Shown here piece after piece: positions 1 through 14,156 of a DNA stretch of 64,000 bases. A model generated the notes under the pieces. The model was given only the letters and a program-made list of their open reading frames with translations. It ran no database searches and was not told the DNA's origin. The position numbers and the translations under genes are program-made. Position 1 is the stretch's first letter. Each line of letters begins with the position of its first letter. Source of the stretch: the human T2T-CHM13v2.0 reference genome, Homo sapiens. The DNA lies in assembly GCF_009914755.1 (NCBI RefSeq), contig NC_060926.1. The stretch is one strand, 5' to 3'.

Positions 1-635
1 TGTTTTTCCCACTTCAGCATTAAGATGACAACCCCATGTAAAAAGTAATTTTAAAGTCTCATTAATTTCATGACCCATCTCACTGTGGACTCATAGGCCC
101 TTTTAAATATATTATTAGTACATATATTTTAGGGTATCACATTATTGAGAAGTGAATAAAAGCTGAAGTTCTTCATCCCAGAAAAATACTCATAAGCTTA
201 TGCCAAAATATACACATAGTTTCAGGAGGTACAAAGACTTCTCCAAAACTCATGAAGCTTAGGATAAACACCATATTTTATGAGTTATTTTTTATTGTTA
301 ATAAGAAAGATAATGTCACCACGTTATGTAAGCCATTTTCATAAAAAAAAGAAGCAATTTGTTGTGGAAGCATGATAGTTTATTTCCAAATGACTTAGTT
401 TAATTTATAATTATATAATATAGATTGACTCTGATAATAAAGATCTATATTGATAAGTTGCATTAGATTTCAGATTGGGGCATATATGAAGAAATATAAA
501 ACTGTGTTGAATGCATATATTATTACAAAAAATATTTGTATATTATGTCTGTGGTTATTTCAATATTTTTATAAATCTCTATGTAAACTTACATAAGAGG
601 AAAAATATATTTCATACATCTGTATACCCATATAA

Positions 636-982
<347 letters not shown>

Positions 983-1699
983 CTACTTCTTTCATTATTC
1001 AATACTATCTTTAAAAGTAAAATTTTGCATTAAAAAACAAACACAAAAAGCGATGTTACCAAAAGAATTTTATAGGCCACTTAAAAGTTTTAGTGAATGT
1101 GAAAATATTTTTGTGAGTAACTTTGAACAAAATTGATCTCAGAATCTAGCATTAGATGATTATTGCTAACAAGAATGCAGGCAGTACCAAAGTCTGCTCC
1201 AGTTGTCGCTTAGTATACCCCTCTGCACATTTTTTCTTGATTCACATTACTTGCTACAGGAGCATCCAGTGAATTTATGATAGGATGGGATAAGTAAAGG
1301 AACACCATCTATGGCAAGAGGGAGGTGAGAATACAATTTTGATCTCTATATCAGAGTCTTGTATTTAATTTTTTCAACCTTCAATTTCACTTCTCTTTTA
1401 CATATTCTTATGATACAATTTTTAAAGTTATCTGAGTGCTTTTATTTTCTAGGGTAAGGTAGGTTTTAATTAGGAAGCAGACATTATTATGACAATAGCA
1501 GAAATACTTAACTCTCAAATCAATGATCTTTGCTATAAAAAAGATACACTACGTTGATGTGGGATTAATCCTAATTTATTAATAGTTTCTATTTTCAGTA
1601 TATTGATTTATTGTTAATAATTTGGGACCATTTCTCATCATTTCAATGTCATAAACACAGTCATACAGCTATATAATGAAAGGTATGTAGATGAGTGTG

Positions 1700-2700
1700 C
1701 ATGGATGTAGTAGGATTGTACATTCATTTTTTCCACAAAATTGAATGCCTGTATGAGTCAGACCCCAAGCTACCTCTGAGGATGCAGTAGGGAACAAGAT
1801 TGACAGTCTTAGGGAGTTTAGGAGGAAAATGGGTTTAGTGGCAAAGATAAACATTGAATAAGTAAGGACACAAATAAGTAAATGTAATTGTGAAAATTTT
1901 CATGGAGGATTAGTGCAGGTTTCTCCTGCACTAAAGTATGTAAAGTATATAATAATATCAAGTAAGTTGATCCAGGGGCCAGGAAGCTCTTCCTTCTTTT
2001 CTTCATTTACTCATTTAAATATTGGAGTTTCTCAGGGCTCTGTCTCACCCCCACATTTTTCTCATCTCCTTCCTGCTTACGTAGAGTTGAAGGTGAACTG
2101 TTAGGGGGATTGAGTAGGTATTGCTGTTTAGATAGGGGAAAACCATGACACAGAGTGTTTACAGGAGTGAGTAGGGAACTTGCCATAGGCTTTGGAGAGG
2201 CCAAATAAGATAAGATTAAAAATGTGCCACTTGAGTTTAGAAGTTGGTGTTCACTGGTGACTCGTCAAAGGAAGTATTAATGGAAGGGGATCCAGAGAGG
2301 AGATGGTAGATTGGGAGGTAATGTGAACAGATGATTTAGCTTCATCAGACCATGAAAGCAAGCTCTGTGAGGGCAGGAATTCTGCATCCTGGGAACTATA
2401 ACAATGTCTAGCATATATTGCACTAATAATTGTTTGTTAAATAAATAAATGTTATGAGTTCTGGAGAGTAAACAGGAGCCAAATTTAGTAGATCATGCAG
2501 GGTCTTGTAAGTCATGGCAAGACTTTTGGCTTGCTGCTTTCTAAGTACAGTATAATGGAAAACCACTCAAGGATTTGCTCAGAGCCTAGCCAGACTGGAT
2601 TTATGTTTTAAAATGAACACAGATCCCCCTCATGTAAAATGGATTGTAACTGTGCAGGCTGGAAAGTTATGAGGCTTTTGCGGCTTTCTTAATGGAAAAA
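1700..2700. mobile_element. Degraded L2 LINE fragments, mixed orientation
   Basis: L2-like motifs: ATTGGAGTTTCTCAGGGCTCTGTC (+); GTTCACTGGTGAC and CATGCAGGGTCTTGTAAGTCATGG (-). Confidence 0.5.
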
Positions 2701-3029
2701 AATAGAGTAATTGAGCAAGCAATCTAAACCAAGTAACCAGAGAATGGGTGGTCAGAAAGAGAGATGTCTGAATTTTTTTGTGATGACTAGATAAATGAAG
2801 TTATAATTATATAATAAATGATAGAAAGTAGCATCTCTATTTTTTAGATTACTAATATTTATAAGTGGCATAATTCATGTGGCCTTTATCATTTATATAA
2901 CATGACTGCCCTGTGATTGATGACTGGCTATCATAGTCTAACTCTGAATCCATAGGAACTACTTCAGATCCTTCCTAGAATCTAAAATAATTCATTATTT
3001 CTATAAATCAGTCATTCTCTACTAACTTA

Positions 3030-3400
3030 TTTTGCTTTACCATGTTCCAGGCACTATGCCAAATACTGGGGATAGAATGGTAAACAAGGTATACATGGTC
3101 TCTGTCCTCACAGTTTAGAAGAAAAGACAAAGCATGAGGAATATTATGAAAGGATAAGAACTAGAAAATGTTTGGTAACATCAAAAATCAAGGTGATTAA
3201 ACCTATTCTAGGAGATCAAGAAAGCCCACTAGACAAAAAATAAATAAAAATAAGTTGAGACCTTGTTATTTGGCCTCAGATGGAAATGGGGAAGAATAAC
3301 ATTTATGGTAAAGAATCAATGAAATATTCAGGCCAGGATTTATGCAGAGGCTGGCTCGCAGAAAGGAATACAAGGGCCAGAAAACAATGAGCAATGATGT
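3030..3400 (-). mobile_element. L2 3' end fragment
   Basis: CCATGTTCCAGGCACTATGCCAAATACTGGGGATAGAATGGTAAACAAG is typical of an antisense L2 3' end. Confidence 0.65.
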
Positions 3401-4240
3401 TGTTTGATAGGCAGGAGCTAAATTGGGCATAGTCATGTAATTCATGTAAATGATATTGGACATTATTACCAAAACAATAGAGAAATAAAGAGGTTTCAAG
3501 TAGAAGAATGAAACAACTCACCATCTAGAGTCGTAAGCCAGTGCCATATTGAGGTTTCCTGCTCTTAAAAGATTTTGTTGGGCTTGGCCTGAGTTTCAAT
3601 TCGTTCATCTGTGATGGAATTCAAAGTCTTACCCACAATTTCTGCAGATTACAAGATCTCACTGTCTTCTACTCCTTTCTAATTCTGTACTGCTCCAGGC
3701 TGCTTGGTGATTGTATTTGCTTTCCCCCAATGGACTTACAACTCAACTCCTTCATCCATTTCATAAGCAATCTACACATTAAATATTTCATAACTCTAGT
3801 GGGTTTTATTGTGACTTTAAGAGGTCACTGGAAAGAGACTCATCTCAAAGAAAGTGCCCCTATATCATTTACCTTATTCTATCTCATTTTCTTATCTTCT
3901 TTCTTTCATGGAGCCAGAAACAATGTTTTTCCCTTGTCATATTTAAAATTATTTTACTCATAACTCTTAGGGTCTTCTATCTTCAAGTATTTATCAATAT
4001 ATTCTTTCCAAAATTACACTTCTCTCTCTAAGATGAATTTTGGTGACAGCTGTTTGTATATTTTTCATCTTGTAATTTAATAAATATTCTTTAACTACTG
4101 AGTGGAAAAATTATAGTTCATTACAAATAAAAGTTCATAATGATAACCTAATCTGATTCTTTTATAGAAAAGAAGACACTTACACCCAGAGAGGTCAAGT
4201 TACTTGCCATTTTGCTATTGGCATAACTTGTTCAAGCAGT

Positions 4241-4301
4241 TGGACAGTTTGGCAGTTTTCCTAATCCACTGGACAGATATTTAGGCAGTTTTCCTAATCC
4301 A
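4241..4301. repeat. Imperfect tandem duplication (~30 bp unit)
   Basis: TGGACAG...GGCAGTTTTCCTAATCCA occurs twice (4241-4268, 4270-4301). Confidence 0.85.
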
Positions 4302-4456
4302 GTATTCTTTCTGTTGAGATTGTGGCTCTTCTTAGTATGCCTTTTATCTCTCATCGGAACTCATAAGCTCATAAATCCTCTCTATGGTTATAGCTTTGCC
4401 CCTAATTATAACTTGCCTATGTGGCCTGACCAAATTTTTCATTCATCCAAGGGAGT

Positions 4457-4809
4457 TGTCTTAGATCATTATAGCTTCTGTATCAAAATACCATAGACTT
4501 TGTAGCTTAGTAACAACAGGAATTTATTTTTCACAGTTCTGGAGGATGGGCAGTCCAAGAACAAGCACTGGAAGATTTGGTATCTGGTGAGGGCCCTTTT
4601 CCTGGTCTCTTCTAGCTGTGTTCTCACATGGTGGAAAGGGTAAGGCAACTGTAGGGCCTCTTTTATAAAGGCACTAATGCCATTTGTGAAGGCTCTGCCC
4701 TTGTGACCTAATTATCTCTCCAAGGCCCCATCTCTTAATTCCATCATATTGGGTATGAAGTTTCAACTCGTGAATTCTGGGGGAAGACACAAACATTGAG
4801 ACCATAGCA
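4457..4809 (-). mobile_element. MLT1A-type MaLR solo LTR
   Basis: TGTCTTAG...AGACCATAGCA termini; CACAGTTCTGGAGG and GGTGAGGGCCC motifs; ~350 bp. Confidence 0.85.
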
Positions 4810-4863
4810 GAATGGTAAAGGATAGCTTTTACTCCACTAACTTTGTTGCAGAACCATGCCCAC

Positions 4864-5213
4864 TGTGTTAACCAGGCTGCTATTACAAAATGTCACAAAC
4901 TGGCTAAACAACATTTATTTTCCACAGTCCTGGAGGCTAGGAAGTCCAAGATCAGGCACCAACAGATTCAGTGTCTGGTAAGGGACCTCCCCTTGGTTCA
5001 TAGATGGCACTTTTCTCAGTATGTCTTCATGTAGCGGAGGAGGTGAGGGGTCTCTTTCAAACCTCTTTTATATGGGAACTTACCCCATTCATGAAGGCTC
5101 TGCCTCCATGACCTAATAACCTCCCAAAAGCTGCATCATCTGATATCATCACCTTGGACTTAAAAACTTTATTACATGAATCTTGGGAGGACATAAACAT
5201 TCAGACCATAGCA
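4864..5213 (-). mobile_element. Second MLT1A-type MaLR solo LTR
   Basis: Ends AAACATTCAGACCATAGCA; GGAGGCTAGGAAGTCCAAGATCA motif; near-TSD CCCAC/CCTAC. Confidence 0.85.
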
Positions 5214-6854
5214 CCTACTCAAATGAGCCACAAAATAAAAGCAATTATAATAGCCAAATGTTCTCATTTTTTCATAAACAAGTAAATCAATGAAAAGATT
5301 GCTTATGTATTGAAGTATAGCTCAACATACATACAATCAATAATTTTAGATGGCATATATATTTTAAATCTGCACAAATATTTAAATCATAGTCATTGCT
5401 GAAACCTCTTGTTTTTTCACTAAGCAGGAAAATAATGGCTCAAAGGAAAGGAGAGAAAAATAAAGAAAAATGGACCCTATATTCCCTTTGCTTAATAACA
5501 TGAATCTTCACTTTCCTTAAGGTGACTAACCTCCGGAATATTCATGTTTCCTGAAATGTATGGCACATACTGTGGTTTTTTTTTTTTTCTTCTTGCCATT
5601 TGATGATTTGTCCTTTTCTTCTCTTGGCTGTATATTCACCTCTTATGCCCTAATCCAGGCATTTTCTAAGGTTTTTGTTCTTGACTGTCCCTCTTTTACC
5701 TTCCTTTCCCATTTGTCATTATCCTCTATTCTCAAGATTAAATAATTTCCACTAAATGAATGATTTTTAAGCCTTTATCTATGGCTTATTTTCTCTTTCT
5801 CAAGAAACAATTTGCATTTTAACCTTTTGGAAATTTTGATGTAAGATGTATAATTACCAGTGTCAACATATTTAAAACTTTCCCTGACATTCCCTCCAAT
5901 TTTCTCCTAAATGTTTTTCTAACCCCACTCTTTCTGTGTTATCTGTGTGCTTTCATCCTGGTTACCTTCTATAACAACAGTTTATATCACAGGACTCACA
6001 GGTAGAGGACTATCAGGAAGGGATTGTATCATCAGGCCCTACTTGTTGAAGAGCCTGTAATGAAGCATTTATGTAGAGTCTTTATCAAAAAACCGTCTGA
6101 TACCTATTTATCTGACAATAAGAGATCATGATCATCATTATTTCATCAAGTGAGATTATAGATGTGAAATCTGTCTCTAAAGTCTAAAGAAAGGCTCAAA
6201 TATGATGCATTTTTACTTATTTATTTTGTGGTGTATTTTCATCATTAAACTTTTTGAAATCACACACAATGCTACCAAGGTGAAGAAGCAAAATTGCAAA
6301 TACTCCAAGTTGAGGTCAGTTACTGCTTTTTTTAAACCATTGCTATAGGAAATACCCATGGCAACAGGTAATTTTAGTTTCTTCTATTTGTCTTGTTTTC
6401 TGAATTATATATTTTTGCTCTTTTAGAAACAATTCTATGCTCTATTTTAAAGACACATACATACATAACTTTTTCTCCTGTTTACATTTATTACATATTA
6501 AATTGCCTTAGTAATTTTTACAAAAAGTAAATATTTAATGAAGAGCAAATTTATTGAGTTTCCCCCTAAATAGCAGACTGGTATAGTTGCTGTCTTCAAA
6601 TGCCTATTTTCAATTTCTCAATGATCCTTTATACTTGACAAAACCTACCCAAACTGTAGAAAATGTTTTCTTTTTTAATTGAAAACTTATCACTTCAATC
6701 TCTATGTGATCTGAATACTGGTTGAACAGTGAATGGAGGAATAAAAAAAAATGACATATTTAAATATTTCTAATTTTTCTTCTGTTTAATGAAAAATCTT
6801 TTGAAAAAAATTTAACAGCTCTATTATCTTTGGAAAGTCATAAAATTTTACATA

Positions 6855-7070
6855 GCCTTTGTTTGAATCCCAGTTCCACCACTTAGTGGCTGTAAGAATT
6901 TGAGCACGCTACTTTATATCCCTGTGTTTTTGATTTCTCATATGTAAAATAAAATGCGGAAGTAAAAGGATTGTCAAGAGAAATACACTGAATAAAATAT
7001 AATAGACAACACTGAAGAACTTCACTTAGTGTCTGGCATATAGTAAGCGCTCAGTAAATTTTAGCTGCTA
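6855..7070 (+). mobile_element. MIR SINE
   Basis: TTTGAATCCCAGTTCCACCACTTAG core; 3' end TGGCATATAGTAAGCGCTCAGTAAAT. Confidence 0.8.
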
Positions 7071-8979
7071 TCAAGAAAATATTATAGGATGAGAACTAAG
7101 AATTTACAAACACCTTAACAGGGGAATTTTCTTATTTCACTCATATCACAGAATGTTATAATTTTTCTGTGTACTAGCATAATGTATGGAAGAGTGATTG
7201 TACTGAGAACATTTTTAAAAATCTGTCTGTATAAGTTGTTTTAATCCATTACAAATGTTTTCTGATTTCTCCTTTACTAAATTCTTTGTATCCAAACAAT
7301 ATGAGGCTTTTACGTTGTTAGTCTCCTTTCTATATTTTTATTTGTGGAGGAAAATATATCTAAGTCATGATGTTGGAATATTAAGATAATAAGCACTTAC
7401 ACCCAGATTAATACAAAAAGAATATCATAAAATTAATTTTATTTAATAAAGTATAAAGACATCAATATATTTTCCATTTTGAAGGCTTACTGGAACGTGT
7501 AAAATTATCATAATCAATAATGATAATATAAATCTTAATTCTGAGAAAGCATAAAACCTAAAGTTCTTCCTAAAATTAAACAATGTTTCCTTCACTGTGT
7601 TTTAAATCATGGAGCAGATTATTTACAAACATCATAAACTGTAAAGAAATGCAATATTTATTGCACCCAGGAAGCTGCTACAACAGAGACTGAAAAAATT
7701 TAATCAAGCCTATAATTAAATTATTTTAAGCCAATTAGTTATTCTCTAGTAAGTGTTTCATTAGACAATAGCACTGTGTGTTTATGTCAGATTTCTTTTC
7801 TTGCTAAGAAAGAAGAAGTAGTAGATTTTTTTGATGGACATTTATTTATCCTTTTTAATGTCATTTAAAAATTAAAAGGAAAACATTGATGTGATGTTTC
7901 TGCTTTTTAGTTTGACAGATAATCTCTCTGCCTTTAGTAAAATAGAGGACTTAATCAGAATTGTTAGCTACAACACTTAAATTGTGTAGTTCACTACTGA
8001 GGTTGTGCCAGGAAAAAGAGTGACATCACTCTACATAGGTCTAGCTCACTGCTTCATTCATAGCCCTTCTTAGTAGTGCAAGCTTCCCTGGGTATTGCAA
8101 AAATGATGGTGCCTTCATCATTTAGAGATGCACAAGTTTAATAAAATTCCAAGGATTTTATCTGGTTTTCCAGCTGAATCTTTTAATAATATTAGAATGA
8201 AGGAGATTTGTTTTTAAGGTTGATTTCTTTTTTCTTCTAAAAGCATGAAATCTGAACAGATGGGATCTCAGATCCAGCTTAGTGAGAACTGAAGTTGTTT
8301 CATACACTTTTTTTTTGTCTTTAGAAACAAAAACTAACAGCATTAATTTAGCCTGAATCTGTACAGTACTAGTATTGTCCATCATAGATAGCTCAATGAT
8401 GAAGTGTTAACTGCAGCTGCAGATTCAGTATCTAGGCCTTTGTTGTATTTCTTTTTTTTTTAGGAAGCTATTAATGAGATTCTTTTTTAGTTTAAGGCCA
8501 TCTCCCTCCCTTTTTATTTGCATTTGCTCTTTCAAGAAAATACTTAATTTGCTAAAACCTGGCATCAGTAATAAGAAGGACACTTTAATAAAGTATTTCG
8601 GAATTAAGCTTGAAGTAATTCTCAGTTATTACCTATTTCCTTTAGGAGGAGGAAATAAAATATTATATACTGTTAAATTTATGATTATATTTATCAGCAG
8701 TTATTTATAAACTTCTTTCTTGCTATTGCCTACCTTGATGGGTAAATCACTGTAATTAAGTAACAGAATGCCTCCTGTGTTAGGTGTGATATAACTTAGA
8801 TTCTCCTAGGTTCTCATTTGCTAAAAATCTATTTTATATCTTTACAATATGAGAGTATTTCTCAATATAACTTCAGATATTTAGGGCATTAATTAGATAT
8901 TTAAAAAGTGTTCAGTGTCATCTGATGGTAGTTTTTTGAGCAATCATCATATATTCGCTAATCAGATAATAAAAATTAT

Positions 8980-9135
8980 TACATCATAGAATTTTAGAAC
9001 CCAAAAGAAACATAGGGCTTATATAGCCCTACTCTCTTGGTTTTCAGATGAGGCACTACATGTCCAGGGAGGTGAGGTGACAGACGTGAGTCACATGCCT
9101 GGCCAGTGACCATGTCAAGATGAGAATCCTAGTGC
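8980..9135 (-). mobile_element. MIR-family SINE
   Basis: TTTTCAGATGAGGCACT...AGGTGAGGTGAC antisense core. Confidence 0.6.
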
Positions 9136-9875
9136 CAATCCAATCTGTTTTTTGTTACCTCATAATAGTCCTCAGTGGACTTGGTCCTTTTGTTGTCGAT
9201 TTTTCCCCAATACACAGTTATATTCATCGAATTTGACACTCTAGTTATGTTAATTATATAAACCACAATTTATCCATTGCATGAGAGCAGAATAAAGCTA
9301 TTCATACATGCCAAGGTTTAAGAACGCTTTAGACAATGCAGTGTATTGTGTTTTGCAAATAAAGACATTAAAATGTTTACATGCTGTGAGCTAAAAGCTC
9401 ATGGGTACCTGTAAATACCAGAAGGAAAGCTTCTCAAAAAAATATGAAATACTTGAAAATGTCTTGTGTCAATTGGTTTTTGTTATTCTTTTTACTTCAT
9501 TACCTTGGTGTCTTCAGTTCTTTATAGTTTGTAATCATTTATTAATAGTTTTTGATACAATTCTACATTTCTTTTAGTGTAGTCAACAAAACACAAACTT
9601 AAATTATACCCTTAATTAGAATTATTAATTCTGGAGGCTCTTTCTAAACTTGTCATTCACTTAAATATTTTGGTAAAAATACATTTATTTTTTGTTCTAA
9701 CCTTCATAAATACCACCCATTCTGTATTGTAACTATGAAAATGTTTGAGCACGCAGAAAACATACTACTTACCAAATAGATTTCAGTCTGAGATGCTTAA
9801 AGTGAAGCAATTAATTCTAAAGAATTCTTATGTATTTGTATTACCACTTTACTAACAGATGTCCAGCAAGCATTC

Positions 9876-9877
<2 letters not shown>

Positions 9878-9910
<33 letters not shown>
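9878..9910. repeat. (TG)n microsatellite
   Basis: About 16 perfect TG units. Confidence 0.95.
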
Positions 9911-9912
<2 letters not shown>

Positions 9913-9949
9913 TATATCTATCTGTCTAATGTATCTCGTATTCATGCTT

Positions 9950-10190
9950 CAAAATCTCACTTAAATGTCACGTCTAAGAAGAAGATTATCTAGTTCCCTA
10001 CCCAAAGCCAACCTAGCTGCTCTCTTCACTTTATACTGGGAGTAAGATGCTCAATACAATTACCCACGTACCTTTCTGAGTCTTAATCTAGACTGCAAAC
10101 TCTTGAATTGTGGGCCTCCATCATATTCTTATTGTTTATTACTTTGCCTGGAATATAACAGATACTCAATGACATTTTTGCTGAATTAAT
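9950..10190 (+). mobile_element. L2 3' end fragment
   Basis: CTTAAATGTCAC, CTAGACTGCAAACTCTTGA, GCCTGGAATATAACAGATACTCAAT. Confidence 0.65.
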
Positions 10191-10550
10191 ACAATAATGT
10201 CTTAATAATAAGACAATAAATTAATAAATTAATAATTTAGTACCATATAATTATATAGAAACTCTAGGAAATTCAAATAGAACGAGAACAAAATACCCTA
10301 CATTTAGGTGATAAATGATAAAGCCTGAATCTAGAAATATGTACATAGATTAGTTGTAATGACTATCAGAGCTCTAAAACTACATTTTAATTCCAAAATA
10401 ATTTTGCATTTCTGTACAGAAAAGAGTGAAGTATGACTTATCAACTTAGAAATGTCTTATTTAACTATTTATCCCTAATGATTTTTACTTTCACTTATTT
10501 TATAAATTACATTAGGTAAGATACAAGTATAATTTCTTTAATGCAATTAG

Positions 10551-11015
<465 letters not shown>

Positions 11016-11149
11016 TTAATGCCATAAATTATTTATATTTTTAAATATTGATACCAAAATAAGCCATGTTTATAATTCAATTATTTGTTATGCCAATCTC
11101 TTCATTAATCAATATAAATGAAATTCCATTTTTGAATGTGGCGGTATTT

Positions 11150-11720
11150 AAACTTCTTGAGAAAACAGAGATTGCAGTCTGTAGAGGTCAAGGCAGCTGG
11201 AATTTGCCCAGTAGAATACCTACGGAGAAGAAAATGCAGAGAGAGAGCTAGAGAGACCATGAGAGCTACAGAAATCTGCAGAGGTTTCCCTGAGTCTTTG
11301 GCAGAATAACAGTTTGCATATGTATGGGATGAAATCCCATAAGGCCAGACAAGCACCACTTCTAAGGAAAGAAATTTACTGTGGAGCTGTAAGATAGACA
11401 ATTCTCAGAGCTCACACAGGGCTGGGATTTTTTTTTTTACTTCCCACCTTATTAAATACAGGGGCATTCAGTAGACATCCAGGCTGGGCCACAACTTAGA
11501 TGAGGAGCTTACTCAGCACTAGAATAAAAGCTACACTGGACCTGCCTTAAAAATTTTTTGAAAGAAAGGTTCACAAGATCATAGTAATCTGTAAGTAACT
11601 TAATCCGACAGAAAAAGTTAATCACTTAAAAGAATACAAAAAATCCAACGTTCTTGAACATAAATTCATGATGTCTTTCAGCCAGCAAAAAATTAATATT
11701 TAACAAAGAAGCTGAAAATT
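11150..11720 (+). mobile_element. Ancient L1M (L1MC/MD-type) 5' region fragment
   Basis: CTCAGAGCTCACACAGGGCTGG and AGAATAAAAGCTACACTGGACCTGCC resemble L1M 5' end consensus as I recall it. Confidence 0.5.
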
Positions 11721-12479
11721 TCTAATCAACTCCAAATGTAAGTTGTTAAGCTTTTTTGATTTTAATTGCCAAAAGTTGGAATTCAATTACTAATTAAGTA
11801 GCTATAGTTCTACTGTCACTAGAATATATACAAATACTGCATTTTGTGGAGACTTTCCTATAAAGACAGGTCATGTATTTATAACGTCATCACTTACCAA
11901 GCATTTTTCAATCTTACCTTAATAAATATATACCAAACACTATGTGGTCATGATGATAATTTGCTAAAATTTATGTTGTGGGCAAGTGAGGTTCAGCAAA
12001 TTTACAATGCTTGAAGTACCAAAGAAGAAATTTCAATCTACTGACCCCAAATACACATTATATTTTTATGCTGACAAAAAACTTCATGTAAGTGTATGAT
12101 TATGAAAAGTTGCGTGGAATTTTATTGGATAAATATTTCTAGTTATTAATCATGTTTATAGATTGTTTCCTAAATATATATCTCCTATATAACTGGTAGT
12201 GGTACTTTCTACCCTAAGAGAACTGCCGTAAAATAACTTAAAAGCAAAGCTCAAAAGTAAAAAGGCTAATACTATATTATTATTATTTAGATGTCTTATA
12301 ACAATATAAAGAAATTTACAAAATTATACAAAGAAATGATTTGTAACATTACTTTGAGATTACTACAAGGTACACGAATGCAAATTATTGTAAAGCAATT
12401 ATTTAAAGAGAAAAGGAAATAAACCTTGATTATCTGCAATACACCTGCTTTTTCTTCTATCTTTCTGACCAATTCTTCT

Positions 12480-13200
12480 GTTTCCTTTACTCAAATACTC
12501 TTTTCTGTTCATCTTTAAAATATTAGGGAGCCTAAGGACCTCTCTATACACAATATTTTTAGGTAAACCTATCAATCTCATGTTTTTAAATATTCAGATA
12601 TCACTTGATGCCTTCAGCCCTGATCTTTTCTCTCTGAAATCTAACATTATTCAACAACCTATTTGACATTTCAAAATGGAATTTTAATAGACATTTCAAA
12701 CTTTATATTACTGGAACAGAATTCTACTCCAAAACTGCTCCCAATCAAATCTTCTCTGTCATGGTTAACAAAATTAATTAAAATATGATGTCTTGTCCAT
12801 CAGGCCAAAGTTTACAAATTTCCCTTTTTCTCATGATTAAGTCATCCATTCCATTACCAAGTCCTATTGATTCACTTCCCAAGCAAACCTCTGATTACCT
12901 CTATTATCACCCACACCCAAGCCATGGTCATCTCTCTCTCCTGTGCTGTATAGTTGCAGTGCTTCTAACTGGTTTCCCTGTACCTACTCTTTCCCCCTTA
13001 AAAATCCATAGAATAATCTATGTGCAACTCTAAGCCTTTTTTATTGATATTCTATTTTAATTCAAATACATTCAAATCTCTTACCCTGACTTATGAAACT
13101 CATGATATCTTACATGACCTTGTACTTCTCTAGTCTAACATCTTCAACGTCATTCCAACCACTCTCATTATCCATCATTGTTGGTTCTATTCACAATGGC
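12480..13200 (+). mobile_element. L2 LINE fragment
   Basis: CAACCTATTTGACATTTC...AGACATTTCAAACTTTA; CTAACTGGTTTCCCTG. Confidence 0.7.
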
Positions 13201-13736
13201 TCTTCTGTACATATATATTTCCTTGAAATCTTAAAATTATAAGGTATAAAATTCCAAGCCTACTTTCAAGAGCACTAGTGATGACCATGGGAGTGACAAG
13301 GTGCATATCTATAGGTAAGTCAACATAGAGTTTCGAACATGGTTTCAACCTCAATTTCAAATAAATAACAAGCAATTATTAAGAATCCACAAATATTAAG
13401 TAGGTTAGACTAGGATATTGTGAGGAAAAATGAAATTCAGATAAAGAAAAATTCCTGGATAAATCTGAAAATCACCTGTGAGGAAACACAGCCAAGGGTA
13501 ATTGACCTCCCAATGGTGAAATACTTAATAGAACAGACAATTATCTACGTAGCAGTTTGAGGGTTTTTTTGACTTTCTTATTTTTAACCTGACAATGAAA
13601 TTTTCAATTTCTACTCCTTTCCAACTTCTTATTTCCTATTTGAGGAAAAAGAACTCAGATCAAAATTGCTCCCAAATCCTACTATTTTATTTCTGATCTC
13701 AGATAACAACACTGGATTAAGAAAGACTGGATAGAC

Positions 13737-13903
13737 TTTCTTAATCCAGTCTATCATTGTTGGACATTTGGGTTGGTTCCGAGACTTTGCTATTGTGAAT
13801 AGTGCCGCAATAAACCTATGTGTGCATGTGTCTTTATAGCAGCATGATTTATAATCCTTTGGGTATATATCCAGTAATGGGATGGCTGGGTCAAATGGTA
13901 TTT
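13737..13903 (-). mobile_element. L1PA4-like ORF2 3' piece B (antisense) of a rearranged L1
   Basis: TTTCTTAATCCAGTCTATCATTG...CAAATGGTATTT matches the same segment of the L1s at ~30.06-30.22 kb and ~61.48-61.65 kb. Confidence 0.95.
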
Positions 13904-14156
13904 AAAAGAAGACGTTTATGCAGCCAAAAGACACATGAAAAAAAAATGCTCATCATCACTGTCCATCAGAGAAATGCAAATCAAAACCACAATGAGATAC
14001 CATCTCACACCAGTTAGAATGGCGATTATTAAACAGTCAGGAAACAACAGGTGCTGGAGAGGATGTGGAGAAATAGGAACACTTTTACACTGTTGGTGGG
14101 ACTGTAAACTAGTTCAACCATTGTGAAAGTCAGTGTGGTGATTCCTCAGGGATCTA
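13904..14156 (+). mobile_element. L1PA4-like ORF2 piece A (sense) of the same rearranged L1
   Basis: Encodes [22 protein letters not shown]...[18 protein letters not shown], the ORF2 Cys-rich domain. Confidence 0.95.
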
